DNA of 64,000 bases from Gracilinema caldarium DSM 7334 (GCF_000219725.1 NC_015732.1:2484972-2548971); one strand, 5' to 3'; counted from the stretch's first letter, positions 38,046 through 48,384 are shown. Program-made: numbers and translations. The notes: generated from the letters alone by a model not told the origin.

Positions 38046-39308
38046 TTATATTGCAGGCCAGTGTTCCAGCAGGTACTGTTCCGCTTCTGCATTCCAGAGC
38101 CCTTGGTACTTATCGCAGAGCACAGCTAAGCGTGCATACCGTGCATCTGTTTCCTCCAGCTGTTTAAAATCGGTAATCGCAGTCATCGGCATAGAGATCC
38201 CTGTATAGACAAGTTTTTTCCCCGCAGGCTTATCCGGCAGATGCAGGGTTGCCTCAGCGGCACTGTCCAGGCCTCCCACATGGGTAACCATAACCGCCGG
38301 GTTAATACGTCCCTGTTCCGAGAGACTCAGGGCTTCCCGCATATCATCTGTGTTGCCGCCAGTGGTCCCTACAATATGGGTTGCACCATAATGGATATTA
38401 TAAAAATTCACTTTGGCACTGAACTGGGAATCCACAGGGCCGGCAAAGAAATTAAGACATCCGTCTTTACCCAGAATTGCGTCCCCCTGCTCTACGACAG
38501 GCGCTACCGGGGCAAACACAAAGACATCATCATAACCAGTACCCTCATTCAGCTCGATAAGCCGAGCCACCGGATCAGAGATCGTGGCGGTATTGATGAA
38601 CACCAGGTCCACACCCCGCTTTTTCTGCTCCGCTGGGGGAAATAAAGAGGCAGCCCGGGCCAAACGGCCATCATCAATATCGGTAACCACCAGACGACGG
38701 GGTCGGTGTTCTAACTGTAGGGCATAACTGATGGCTCCTAGCCCCATCGGCCCGGCTCCGGCAAGAATGGCCATGGTCCCTCCGGGCAGGGTACCCATCT
38801 TGTGTTCATAACTACCCATGGTGGTATGATAACTTGCATGGAAAGCTCCGATAATGCAGGACATGGGTTCTGCCAGGGATGCCATAAAAAAAGCATCTCC
38901 CTTATACTCTAAGAGACAATCCAGTTCCATGACTTCATGGGGCATAATAGCATAGGTCGCCGCTCCACCACAGTACCGGTAGGAATAACCAGGTGAAGCC
39001 ATGCTACCCTTATAATTCAGCGCAGGCTGTAGGGCAAATTTTGCCCCAACCTTATAGCGATGGGCCCATTTAGCACCAACCTTTTCAATAATTCCTGCAG
39101 TTTCATGACCTACAATGATTGGTTCTTGTGCTATATTTTTAGGCACCCGTTTATGGTCACTTCCAAGTTTTGCAGCCTTATAGGTGGACATACAGATAGA
39201 ATCAGTAATAATTTTTACCAGTATTTCATCATCCTGAATCTCAGGAAGTTCAAATTCTTCCAGACGTAAATCCATTTTGCCATAGAGGCGCACCGCCTTC
39301 GTTTTCAT
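38046..39308 (-). CDS. zinc-dependent medium-chain dehydrogenase, 420 aa (SorE/GatD-like polyol-phosphate or ketose-phosphate dehydrogenase)
   Basis: GroES-like N-terminus with Cys/His zinc ligands (DSICMSTYKAAKLG, GHETAG) and a Rossmann motif (AGAGPMGLGAISYAL). Last gene of the PTS operon, overlapping the kinase gene. Confidence 0.7.
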   Translation of the reverse strand: MKTKAVRLYGKMDLRLEEFELPEIQDDEILVKIITDSICMSTYKAAKLGSDHKRVPKNIAQEPIIVGHETAGIIEKVGAKWAHRYKVGAKFALQPALNYKGSMASPGYSYRYCGGAATYAIMPHEVMELDCLLEYKGDAFFMASLAEPMSCIIGAFHASYHTTMGSYEHKMGTLPGGTMAILAGAGPMGLGAISYALQLEHRPRRLVVTDIDDGRLARAASLFPPAEQKKRGVDLVFINTATISDPVARLIELNEGTGYDDVFVFAPVAPVVEQGDAILGKDGCLNFFAGPVDSQFSAKVNFYNIHYGATHIVGTTGGNTDDMREALSLSEQGRINPAVMVTHVGGLDSAAEATLHLPDKPAGKKLVYTGISMPMTAITDFKQLEETDARYARLAVLCDKYQGLWNAEAEQYLLEHWPAI

Positions 39309-40273
39309 AGTTCCTCCTCAATTTCATGAACCTGTACTTGTTGAGTATAATAATGCAGGGCTTCTCTTGTAGGGACCGCAGTACCTTCCGTAGTAACCGC
39401 TGCGGTTCCTGCTCCAACTGCGTTGCGGATCATGTTGTGCAAGGGATCCTCCCGCTGCAAACACAGGGCCAGCGCAGCCACCATAGCATCCCCTGCTCCT
39501 ACAGTACTTTTAGGTTGTACCGGGATGCCTTCGGCAAATAGGACGGCCTTCTCATGTACTAAGAGGGCCCCTTGGGAACCCAGGGAAACAACTATTAGTT
39601 CCACTCCTTGTGCCAGCAAGGCCCGGCATGCATAAGCCATTTCACCAAGCCGAGGTTTGTCTTCCTTACGGAAAGAACGGCCGAATAACCGCTCTAATTC
39701 ATCAATATTGGGCTTAACAAGGGTTGGCCCAACTTCCAAACCTAAACGGAGCGATTCTCCATCTGCATCCAGTATGGTTCGAGCTCCCAGGGATCGGGCC
39801 TTTAGGATCAGCCTTCGATACATATCTGGAGGGGTGCCTCTTCCAATACTGCCGGAAAAGACAAATATGGTTTCTGGACTAGCTTCAGAAAACAGGATAG
39901 CTTCCAATGCAGTTAAGGCCTTTTCCGATATGAGCGGCCCCTGATCATTGATATCCGTATGGGTGTGGTTAAGCGGATCGACAATTTTCATATTCGTCCT
40001 TGTTTCTCCCGGCACAGATACAAAGCGGTGTTCAATCCCACGTTCATCCAAATAGGTCTTAATAAAATTGCCTGCTGTACCTGCGATAACACCAAAAGCA
40101 GTACTTGTCCCCCCAAAGCCGTGTATCGATTTTGATACGTTAATTCCCTTACCCCCTGCATCGAGTCTTGAGGTACTGATACGATTTACCTGGTTTAAGG
40201 CAAAACCTTCTATTTCGACGGTCCGATCCACTGCAGGGTTTAAGGTAAGGGTACGAATCTTGCGATTATTCAT
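39305..40273 (-). CDS. 1-phosphofructokinase/tagatose-6-phosphate kinase family (PfkB) sugar-phosphate kinase
   Basis: FruK/LacC-like N-terminus (IRTLTLNPAVDRT, AGGKGINVSK) and a C-terminal GAGDAMVAAL anion hole. The start at 40273 overlaps the HPr stop. Confidence 0.8.
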   Translation of the reverse strand: MNNRKIRTLTLNPAVDRTVEIEGFALNQVNRISTSRLDAGGKGINVSKSIHGFGGTSTAFGVIAGTAGNFIKTYLDERGIEHRFVSVPGETRTNMKIVDPLNHTHTDINDQGPLISEKALTALEAILFSEASPETIFVFSGSIGRGTPPDMYRRLILKARSLGARTILDADGESLRLGLEVGPTLVKPNIDELERLFGRSFRKEDKPRLGEMAYACRALLAQGVELIVVSLGSQGALLVHEKAVLFAEGIPVQPKSTVGAGDAMVAALALCLQREDPLHNMIRNAVGAGTAAVTTEGTAVPTREALHYYTQQVQVHEIEEEL

Positions 40274-40535
40274 GATGAATAGCCTCAAAGAAAGCGCCGA
40301 GGACTTCCTGGGCTTTATCTTCTTCATCTCCTGATATTTCCAGGGTTACCTGTTCCTGATATTTCACACCCAGGGTAAGCATGTGCAGAAGACTTTTGCC
40401 ATTAATCACCTTGTCCCCTTTAATAACCGTAACTTGACAATCAGGAAACTGTTCGTTTGCAGTATCCACAAAGAGGCGGGCAGGCCGGGTATGGAACCCC
40501 GTAGGATTTATAATGGTATAGGTTTTACGATTCAT
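40266..40535 (-). CDS. ptsH: phosphocarrier protein HPr
   Basis: The 89-aa product has the active-site His15 context (GFHTRPA) and regulatory Ser46 context (GKSLLHMLTLG). Confidence 0.88.
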   Translation of the reverse strand: MNRKTYTIINPTGFHTRPARLFVDTANEQFPDCQVTVIKGDKVINGKSLLHMLTLGVKYQEQVTLEISGDEEDKAQEVLGAFFEAIHHE

Positions 40536-42250
40536 GATAAAACTCCTTTCATATAGGTATAAATTGCTTCAGAACTTTCCATTGTGCTTGCCTGCGAAGC
40601 CCATTGGGCTGCCTCATGTAAGGTGATATGAGCTAAACGGGATCGAATCTTAGGAATTGATGCAGAACCCATACTAAGTTCAGTAATACCCAGCCCGATA
40701 AAGAGGGGAAAGAGTTCCGGATCTCCTGCGAGTTCTCCACATACACCGATCCAGATGCCATGAGCTCGTGCAGCTTTCGCGGCCAGCTCTATAAGCTGTA
40801 AAACCGCAGGAGTTAAACCCTGATGCAGGTACGTCAGGGACCGGTTCATACGATCAGCGGCCATGGTGTATTGGGTTAAATCATTGGTACCTACGCTGAA
40901 GAAATCAACCTCTTGGGCAAAATGATTTGCCAGGAGAGCCGCGGAGGGAATTTCTATCATTATACCCAATTCCCAGGAATCGGAAATGGATATGCCACTT
41001 TGTTGTAAATATGTAGTTTCTTCTGCAATGATCTTTTTAGCCGCCCTTAACTCTTCAAGGGTTGCGATCATAGGAAGTAAAATTCTGAGCTTTCCAAAGC
41101 TACTGGCTCTGAGCAGAGCCCGGATCTGGGTCCGAAAGAGCGTTTCTTTCTGTAGGCAAAGCCGGATTGCCCGAACTCCAAGGAATGGATTTGCTTCTTG
41201 TTCAAGCTCTATATAGGGAATCTGCTTATCTCCCCCTACATCGAGAGTCCGGATGACTACTGGTTTGCCCTTCATCCGCTGTAAAACAAATTTATAAACC
41301 TCGAACTGCTCATCTTCAGATGGCATGGATGGCCGGTCCATAAACATGAATTCGGTTCTGAAAAGTCCTATGCCATCGGCCCCATTGGTCAGCACCCCAT
41401 CCAAATCTTGTAAGCTACCGATATTGGCGGCGATTTCTATCGGTACACCATCTCTGGTTACCGAAGGCTTCCCTGCATAATGACGAATCAGTGACTGTTC
41501 TTCGATATAGGCACTGCGTTTCTGTTCATATTCTGAAAGGATATCCGCATGAGGATTGATAATCACTGTGCCGGTTATTCCATCTACAATAATAGAGCTC
41601 CCTTCATGAAGGTCTGGCAGGGGGCCTAATCCAACAACCGCAGGAATTCCTAACGAACGGGCCAGAATACTTGAATGAGACAGTGCACTGCCTCCTTCAG
41701 TAATAAAGGCAAGCACCATAGCTCGATCCAATGAGGCAGTTTCAGAAGGGGTCAGATCTTTCGCTGCAACAATCGAAGGTTGCTGTAAATGCAGGGTTCC
41801 TAGCTCATCACCCTGGATATTTTGAACAAGACGATGCACAATATCCTCTATATCATTGATACGCCCCATAAAGAGTTCATCCTGCACCTGGCGTAAAAGT
41901 TCAATAAACAGGTCCCCCGTTTCTTTTACAGCCATGACTGCGCTTTTGTGTTCATCAGAAATTTTTTTTCTAATCTCCGCCAAAAACTCAGGATCCCGTA
42001 AAATCGAAAGATGACTCGCAAATATTTCTGCTTTTTCGGTACCTAATTCTGCTTGTGTCTTATCCCGTAAGAATGTAACCTGTTCTTTGGCCTGTTCCAA
42101 AGCTTTTGTAAAATGTTGCCACTCCACTTCCGGACTATTCGCACAGAGCTCTGGGCTCTGTTGTTGTGTAGTTTTGGTTGGTTCGATGAAATAAACTGGC
42201 CCTATGGCCACTCCCGGGGAAGCAGGAATCCCCTGCAAGGTAACAGTCAT
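40532..42250 (-). CDS. ptsI: phosphoenolpyruvate-protein phosphotransferase (PTS enzyme I)
   Basis: 572 aa with the EI phospho-His region (GGSALSHSSILARSLGIPAVVG) and a PEP-utilising C-terminal domain (FFSVGTNDLTQY). Confidence 0.9.
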   Translation of the reverse strand: MTVTLQGIPASPGVAIGPVYFIEPTKTTQQQSPELCANSPEVEWQHFTKALEQAKEQVTFLRDKTQAELGTEKAEIFASHLSILRDPEFLAEIRKKISDEHKSAVMAVKETGDLFIELLRQVQDELFMGRINDIEDIVHRLVQNIQGDELGTLHLQQPSIVAAKDLTPSETASLDRAMVLAFITEGGSALSHSSILARSLGIPAVVGLGPLPDLHEGSSIIVDGITGTVIINPHADILSEYEQKRSAYIEEQSLIRHYAGKPSVTRDGVPIEIAANIGSLQDLDGVLTNGADGIGLFRTEFMFMDRPSMPSEDEQFEVYKFVLQRMKGKPVVIRTLDVGGDKQIPYIELEQEANPFLGVRAIRLCLQKETLFRTQIRALLRASSFGKLRILLPMIATLEELRAAKKIIAEETTYLQQSGISISDSWELGIMIEIPSAALLANHFAQEVDFFSVGTNDLTQYTMAADRMNRSLTYLHQGLTPAVLQLIELAAKAARAHGIWIGVCGELAGDPELFPLFIGLGITELSMGSASIPKIRSRLAHITLHEAAQWASQASTMESSEAIYTYMKGVLS

Positions 42251-42693
42251 TATTGTTTCTCCATTGTCCTGATTACATCCATTATTTCTTTAGTACTCTG
42301 GGCTTTTAGCATCTTATTTAGTTTAGCATCGTCGATGCAAATCTGAGCAATGTTGGTAAGAAGGTCGATATGTTCATTTCCTTGAGCGGCCACAGCAATA
42401 AGCAATTTTGCTATCCGGCCCTTGCCAAAATCGACACCTCCAGGAACCTGAATAATCGCTAATCCAGTCTTTTTCACCAGGGGTTTAGCAGCTTCGGTTC
42501 CATGGGGCACCGCCACACCATTCCCAACATAGGTCGTTGAGATACTGTCCCGCTGGACCATTGCATCAACATATCCCGGTTCTATATACCCCGTCTTTAA
42601 CAGCAGTTCCCCGCACGCACGGATTGCTTCATCCTTACTGGTAAAACAAGCATTCAATCTAATGTTGTTTTCTGAAAGCATCGCTTCATACAT
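42250..42693 (-). CDS. PTS EIIA component, mannitol/fructose (EIIA-2) family
   Basis: EIIA-2 fold with the His-containing GVAVPHGT motif. An AAGGAGG RBS precedes the ATG at 42693; the longer track ORF overlapping the regulator is rejected. Confidence 0.8.
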   Translation of the reverse strand: MYEAMLSENNIRLNACFTSKDEAIRACGELLLKTGYIEPGYVDAMVQRDSISTTYVGNGVAVPHGTEAAKPLVKKTGLAIIQVPGGVDFGKGRIAKLLIAVAAQGNEHIDLLTNIAQICIDDAKLNKMLKAQSTKEIMDVIRTMEKQ

Positions 42694-42754
42694 ACTCTGA
42701 TCCTCCTTAGCCCAAATTGAGTAATTGGGCACCTCAAAAAAATCGGTTGGATTT

Positions 42755-44812
42755 TTAAAAGCGCTTATAAAAACTCCTGATATGTTGTTCTGTTTCCTGT
42801 TCCAGATACTCAAGTATAGTAGTATCCAAAAGTGAAACACTTATTTCATTTAGAAGGGACAGATCCCGGTCATTCAGGTTCTGTGGTGCAAGCATCAACA
42901 GTATTGTTCTCGGGGCAGATGACCACTGCACAGCATCCACAACTAGGGGTTCTCTAAGTCGATGAATGGTAAAACAGGGCCTGGTGACGGCTGTACTGCG
43001 GGCATGTAAAAACAAAGAGCGGTTATCGGGCAATAAAATCCCATGATCGGTTGATCGCTGGGCCAGTGCTGCAAAAGCCGCTTCCTCATCGTTTATACAA
43101 CCCAGACCCTTGCATGCATATATAAGTTGTTGTAAAACTTCATTCCAATCCTTCCCATAGGAACAGGATGTAAATACGAAAATATGATCAAAAATAGTTT
43201 CTTTCGGTAGATGAACGGTATCAGCCTGACAAGATGCAGGAATGGGTGTCACAACTGGAGCTGTTCGAGAATGTTCCGGATGCTCCCTCTGTTTGATCTT
43301 ATCCTTTGCGTTCAAGTAGTTTCTGATCAGCTTTACGCCCTCATCAGATAAGAGGGGTTCCACTAATACATAGCTCCCTTGCGGGATTGGTAATGGGATG
43401 GTTGAAATAAGAATATCCCACCCTTCTAAAGACATGGTTTGAATATCAAACCATGATACATTCACAATAAGCTCAATCTCCGGGATCTTCTCCCGCAACC
43501 GGCTTGCGAGCATATTGGCACTGCCGATACCTGCAGAACACACAACCAGGGCTCGATATCGTCTGCGCTCCTGGGTTCTACGCGAGAGGGCCGCACCGAA
43601 ATGGAGTACCAGGTAACCTACCTCATCATCAGGCACCCTGAGGCTGGGGAACAATTCATGCACAATATGAGACAATATTTCAAATAACGACCCATATTCC
43701 TCTTTGATACGATGCAAGAGGGGGTTTTTAATTGGTAGGTTATGTTGTAAGCGATACAGGGCGGGCACCCAATGGGCCAATAATCCATCACGCAGGATCC
43801 GATCTTCACTGAGTCCCTGCCCTAATGTTTCTTCACATTTCTGAATGAGGAGAGTGATTTCCGGAAGCACCTGCAGATTATCCGCAAGGAGTGTTTTGCC
43901 AAGCCGCTCCTGATGAGCGCCCCGAAGAAACCGTTCTATCGCTTCCTGTTCTGCATCATCAACAGGGATCGAAAAGTGGGAAAACATTGCAGTCAGGGCT
44001 GCCCGTGCAATACGGCAGACCTCTTCATCGCTCACCTGCTTCAGTTCTTGCGTCACAACAGGAAGCATATAGCCAGATTTGCGTCGTACAGCCGCCACAG
44101 CAAGTACCAAGAGGAGTTGCAAATAATCCTGTGGAGCCATATCGGGCAATAATTCCCGGGAAAGCCCCGAAAGAACATGTTCCGCATACCGAATATACTG
44201 CAGGGGGATAATTCTCAGAGCCAATAGTTCTGCTTCTTCCAGACAGAGACGGGAAAGTGCTGCCTCAGAACGAAGCAGAGCAAGGAGGCCACTCTCACCA
44301 AACAGATCCCATAACAGCATCACCAGCGCTTCCCGTTTCCGGTTTTCACTGCCCTCGAGTCGGAGTCCCATTCCCTTCCGCAGGGTCAACTGAAAACCAT
44401 ACAGGGAAAACCAGGATTGCAGGGTATCCAGATCCCGCCGTATGACTTGGATTGAACTATACAGCTCTTCTGCAAGAGCCGAGAGCTTTATCGCCTCATT
44501 CGATTCCAGAAGCAAGAGACACAGCATTCGCTGTCGTTCTTCCGGGCTTGTATCGCTTGGCACCGATTCCTGTAAGTCATTCCGGCACCGGGTTATACCC
44601 TCAGCATCACCTGCAAGTTTAAGTCCTAGCCCAGGCCGTGCCTGAAGTCGTATACCATAATCCCGCTCAAGATTTCTGGACAAGCTCACCAGTTCACGAT
44701 GCACCGTACGGATACTCACCTTAATCTTCTGGGCAATATGGGCTAGGGTAACCTCACTCGGTTCATCGATGAGAATCTGAAGAATATTCCGTTGTCTCAA
44801 AGTCAGATTCAT
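42755..44812 (-). CDS. mtlR: PRD-domain transcriptional regulator, MtlR/LicR type (HTH + 2 PRD + EIIB-like + EIIA-like)
   Basis: N-terminal HTH (LTLRQRNILQILIDEPSEVTLAHIAQKIKVSIRTVHREL), PRD-type His regions, and a C-terminal EIIB(Gat)-like CSAGIGSANMLA and EIIA-like domain. A GGTGGAG RBS lies before the ATG at 44812. Confidence 0.75.
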   Translation of the reverse strand: MNLTLRQRNILQILIDEPSEVTLAHIAQKIKVSIRTVHRELVSLSRNLERDYGIRLQARPGLGLKLAGDAEGITRCRNDLQESVPSDTSPEERQRMLCLLLLESNEAIKLSALAEELYSSIQVIRRDLDTLQSWFSLYGFQLTLRKGMGLRLEGSENRKREALVMLLWDLFGESGLLALLRSEAALSRLCLEEAELLALRIIPLQYIRYAEHVLSGLSRELLPDMAPQDYLQLLLVLAVAAVRRKSGYMLPVVTQELKQVSDEEVCRIARAALTAMFSHFSIPVDDAEQEAIERFLRGAHQERLGKTLLADNLQVLPEITLLIQKCEETLGQGLSEDRILRDGLLAHWVPALYRLQHNLPIKNPLLHRIKEEYGSLFEILSHIVHELFPSLRVPDDEVGYLVLHFGAALSRRTQERRRYRALVVCSAGIGSANMLASRLREKIPEIELIVNVSWFDIQTMSLEGWDILISTIPLPIPQGSYVLVEPLLSDEGVKLIRNYLNAKDKIKQREHPEHSRTAPVVTPIPASCQADTVHLPKETIFDHIFVFTSCSYGKDWNEVLQQLIYACKGLGCINDEEAAFAALAQRSTDHGILLPDNRSLFLHARSTAVTRPCFTIHRLREPLVVDAVQWSSAPRTILLMLAPQNLNDRDLSLLNEISVSLLDTTILEYLEQETEQHIRSFYKRF

Positions 44813-44854
44813 CGCAATCTCCACCCTAAACCCATACCGATTAATACTACCCGC

Positions 44855-46264
44855 TTATGCCTTTAACTTCTCTACAAGCACATCATATTCTGGACTCTTT
44901 AAAAAGTCATCGATGGAAATATGAACAGCACCTGGCAATATTGAACGGGCCCGTTCTGTCAAAGCTTCATGGGTAATGACGATATCCGCATCTTGAGGCA
45001 GATCGTTAATTGCACAATTGGTCACAGTTATCTGTAGACCTGCTTTCTGAATCTTGGAACGAAGTATCGATGCACCCATAGCACTGGAACCCATACCTGC
45101 ATCACAGGCGAAGACGATCTTTTTTACGCCCTTTTTCTGAGGAATAACATCTACCTTGAGCTTGGAGCCCTTGAAGGCAGCAGTCTGGGCCGCAGCCTGT
45201 TCCAAACCATCCTCAGCTTCATTCTGTTTACCAAACTTCAGGAGCAGATAGGCTACTGCAAAGGATGCTGCAGATGAAAGCAGAACCCCTGTCAGCATCG
45301 GGAACAGTCCCCCCTTGGGAGTCATAGCCAGATAGGCAAAAATGGAACCAGGCGAAGGAGTAGCGACAAGGCCAGCCCCCAGTACCGAGAATGTAAAGGT
45401 ACCGGTCATACCACCTGCAATTGCTGCAAGTATGAGTTTGGGATTCATTAAAATATAGGGGAAGTAAATTTCATGAATGCCGCCCAGGAAATGAATAATA
45501 ATTGCACCGGGGGCAGATTCTTTAGCCATCCCCTTGCCAACAAGCCAATAGGCGACGAGGATTCCAAGTCCAGGACCAGGGTTGGATTCCAGCATAAAGA
45601 TGATGGATTTACCCGCCTCAGTTGCCTGCTGAACACCGATGGGAGCAAGAACACCATGATTAATTGCATTGTTCAGGAAGAGTACTTTACCAGGTTCAAT
45701 AAAAATATTTGCTAGGGGAAGCAGGTTCATAGAAACAATGGACCGAACACCAGCAGCTAAAACATTTGAGATAAACATAACCGCCGGAGCAATAACTACA
45801 TAGGCGATAAGGGCAAGAATGGTACCCAAAATACCCATGGAGAAATTGTTCACCAGCATCTCAAAGCCTACAGGTATCTTACCTTCGAAGAAGGCATCTA
45901 CCTTTTTTAAGCACCATGCGGCGATAGGACCTACAATCATTGCACCAAGGAACATGGGTATACTCGAACCAACAATGATACCCATAACCGCCGCAGCACC
46001 AATTACACCACCGCGAACATCATAGACCATTTTTCCGCCGGTGTATCCAATTAAGAGGGGCAGGAGATAGGTAATCATGGGGCCTACGAGCTTTGCAAAA
46101 GATTCATTAGGTAGCCAGCCTGTCGGAATAAACAATGCAGTAATAAGTCCCCAGGTAATAAAAGCCCCGATGTTTGGCATCACCATGCCGCTTAAAAACC
46201 GCCCGGTCCGCTGGATATGCATGCGGGCACCGGATTGATTCGCTTTTTGTACAGAATCACTCAT
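44855..46264 (-). CDS. mtlA: PTS mannitol-family EIICB permease
   Basis: Collinear with E. coli MtlA EIIC and EIIB, roughly 60% identity by eye (GRFLSGMVMPNIGAFITWGLITALFIPTGWLPNE, HFLGGIHEIYFPY, EIIB motif ACDAGMGSSAMGASILRSKIQKAGL). A GGAGG RBS lies before the ATG at 46264. Confidence 0.88.
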   Translation of the reverse strand: MSDSVQKANQSGARMHIQRTGRFLSGMVMPNIGAFITWGLITALFIPTGWLPNESFAKLVGPMITYLLPLLIGYTGGKMVYDVRGGVIGAAAVMGIIVGSSIPMFLGAMIVGPIAAWCLKKVDAFFEGKIPVGFEMLVNNFSMGILGTILALIAYVVIAPAVMFISNVLAAGVRSIVSMNLLPLANIFIEPGKVLFLNNAINHGVLAPIGVQQATEAGKSIIFMLESNPGPGLGILVAYWLVGKGMAKESAPGAIIIHFLGGIHEIYFPYILMNPKLILAAIAGGMTGTFTFSVLGAGLVATPSPGSIFAYLAMTPKGGLFPMLTGVLLSSAASFAVAYLLLKFGKQNEAEDGLEQAAAQTAAFKGSKLKVDVIPQKKGVKKIVFACDAGMGSSAMGASILRSKIQKAGLQITVTNCAINDLPQDADIVITHEALTERARSILPGAVHISIDDFLKSPEYDVLVEKLKA

Positions 46265-46361
46265 ATTCTGAACCTCCAATACTGGCAGTATATCCGTCTT
46301 CTGTACAGCAGAAATGACAACTTAATGATGTTACGGCAGGAATATTGTTGACAAATTACAT

Positions 46362-47669
46362 TTAGTCTTTAAGCAAGCCTGCACGGGCCAGTTCCAGTTC
46401 CAGGTAGGTAGGGCCCACGCCCCAGAGGTCAAGAAATTCCCGGTAGGCCCGGTATCCGGAGTCTTTTATATTGATGAACAGCTCCCGCCTGTCCGCACCT
46501 TCCCGGTAAGCCCGGATAAGCACATTTTTCGGGGTATGTTCCATGGTGATAAACTCGACCATTTCCACCGCATATCCAAAAGCCCGGAGCATGAGAGCCC
46601 GGGAAGCATCGGTAACGAGGGTTGCCTGCTTATCCCTGGTTACCCCGTAGCGAATGATCGGGTCCATAGCGGGCGCTTTAAGTTGATGAAAGAACTCATG
46701 CTGACAGCAGGGTACGGCTAAAATGACCGGGCACCCCCATTGGAGGCCCTTAACCAGGGCCGCATCGGTGGCTATATCACAGGCATGGAGGCTGATAATC
46801 ATGTCAGGCCGGCGAGCAGAAGCCGGCGAGCCTTCATCAATCTGAAAATTGGCGATATCCCCGACTTCGAAATGGAGCCGGTCGTAGCCGAGACGCCGGG
46901 CGGTATCATTGCAAAAGGCAACCACATCATCCTTTAGGTCCAGGCCGGTGACCTGAAATTGGCTGTACCCCCGGTCTATCAGGTAGTGATAGAGCGCAAA
47001 GGTAAGATAGGCCTTGCCACTGCCAAAATCTACTATATACAAAGGCTTATCTTTGGGGAAATGCCGGAGCGCGTCCTCTGCAAATTCCAGGTATTTATTG
47101 ATCTGCCGAAATTTATCGTACCGTTTCTGAGAAACCCGGCCGTTGGTATCCATGACGCCAAGCTCGACTAAGAACGGAATTGCCTCTCCTTCCGAAAGGA
47201 GATAAGCCTTCTGGCGGTTATGAGAAAGGGAAGACCTGGACTTGGTGGGGGGCTTTTCCGCAATCTGACAAAGGCCGGCGGCGGTCCAATGGAATTGATA
47301 ATCGGCGCGGCTTGTAAAAATGGTACCCTCTGCAAAGTTCCGAAGACCTTCTGCGAGGGGCGGTGCATCTGAAGCAAGGGGGTACTGTTGATGAAAGGTC
47401 TTGGGGCCGAATTGGAACTCTGCCTGCAGTTGTATGCCGCCTTTAAGGGCGACGGGCCTAAGTTTTAATTTTTGGCACCCCTCAGCCTGACGGATAAAAA
47501 GGCTGTCTTCTGCAGGGGCATAAGCATCCCGGAGCCGGGAGAACACGGCGTACACCAGGGTTTCTGCCACATCAAGGGAATCGAGGAAACTCTGCAGTTG
47601 TTCGGGACGGAGCGAAATCTTGGCTGTCATATTAAGCATGGACCTGGCTGGCCTCGATATAGGCGGCAT
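46362..47669 (-). CDS. class I SAM-dependent methyltransferase with N-terminal extension
   Basis: Motif I IVDFGSGKAYLT and motif ISLHACDIATD in the C-terminal half. Confidence 0.6.
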   Translation of the reverse strand: MPPISRPARSMLNMTAKISLRPEQLQSFLDSLDVAETLVYAVFSRLRDAYAPAEDSLFIRQAEGCQKLKLRPVALKGGIQLQAEFQFGPKTFHQQYPLASDAPPLAEGLRNFAEGTIFTSRADYQFHWTAAGLCQIAEKPPTKSRSSLSHNRQKAYLLSEGEAIPFLVELGVMDTNGRVSQKRYDKFRQINKYLEFAEDALRHFPKDKPLYIVDFGSGKAYLTFALYHYLIDRGYSQFQVTGLDLKDDVVAFCNDTARRLGYDRLHFEVGDIANFQIDEGSPASARRPDMIISLHACDIATDAALVKGLQWGCPVILAVPCCQHEFFHQLKAPAMDPIIRYGVTRDKQATLVTDASRALMLRAFGYAVEMVEFITMEHTPKNVLIRAYREGADRRELFINIKDSGYRAYREFLDLWGVGPTYLELELARAGLLKD

Positions 47670-48384
47670 GCCGGGCGGCTCTTCGGGTAGAGGAAAAGGC
47701 TTCGAAGCGCTCGAGGCTGCTGTTCAGCACCAGGTTTTCAGGAGCCTTCACTTCGGCGAGCAAGGCTTGCACTTCATCGAAACGGCCCACATCTTCCCAG
47801 TAATGGGCATCGCTGCCGCAGACCATGGGACAGCCCAGTTCTATACAGAGTTGTGCAATCCTGAGGCAATTGGGATGGCTGCCCTTGCGGATCCGGAAGG
47901 AGCTGTCGTTAATTTCCAGGGCTTTCCCATAATCCCGGGCTGTGGCCACCACCCGTTCCATATCGATGGGGAAGGCGGGGTTCCCGGGGTGGGAAATGGC
48001 ATCTACCCAGGGACTGCGCAGGGCATTCACCAGGGCTTCCGTGTTTTCCTCTTGGCCGTGATCTTCAAAACAGATTTCGTGAAAACCCGCCATAACAAAA
48101 TCGAGCCTGGCGAGAATATAGGGTTCCAGGTCAATCTCACCGGCGGTATTCATAATATTGGCCTCGATGCCGGTGAAAAACCGCACCCCCTGTATGGTCT
48201 TAGGCAGTACACGCAGGTTTCCGAAATGATAGGGATGGGTAGTCCCGGGCATAGCCGGACCATGATCAGTTAATACAAAGGCTTTGAGTCCCCGTCGTTG
48301 AGCCCCCCGGGCAAGATCATCGACGGTAGAAAAGGCATGGCCAGAGGCCACCGAATGGGTATGGGAATCAATATGTATGTTCAT
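47632..48384 (-). CDS. PHP-domain phosphoesterase (YcdX/histidinol-phosphatase-like)
   Basis: PHP His clusters (HIDSHTHS, LTDHGP, GSDAHYWEDVG). Start taken at MNIHID. Confidence 0.75.
   Translation of the reverse strand: MNIHIDSHTHSVASGHAFSTVDDLARGAQRRGLKAFVLTDHGPAMPGTTHPYHFGNLRVLPKTIQGVRFFTGIEANIMNTAGEIDLEPYILARLDFVMAGFHEICFEDHGQEENTEALVNALRSPWVDAISHPGNPAFPIDMERVVATARDYGKALEINDSSFRIRKGSHPNCLRIAQLCIELGCPMVCGSDAHYWEDVGRFDEVQALLAEVKAPENLVLNSSLERFEAFSSTRRAARHAAYIEASQVHA

Noticed and set aside
42693-42840. N-terminal extension of the EIIA ORF overlapping the mtlR-like gene by ~90 nt
   Set aside because: A strong AAGGAGG RBS precedes the internal ATG at 42693, and the extension has no homology to EIIA proteins.
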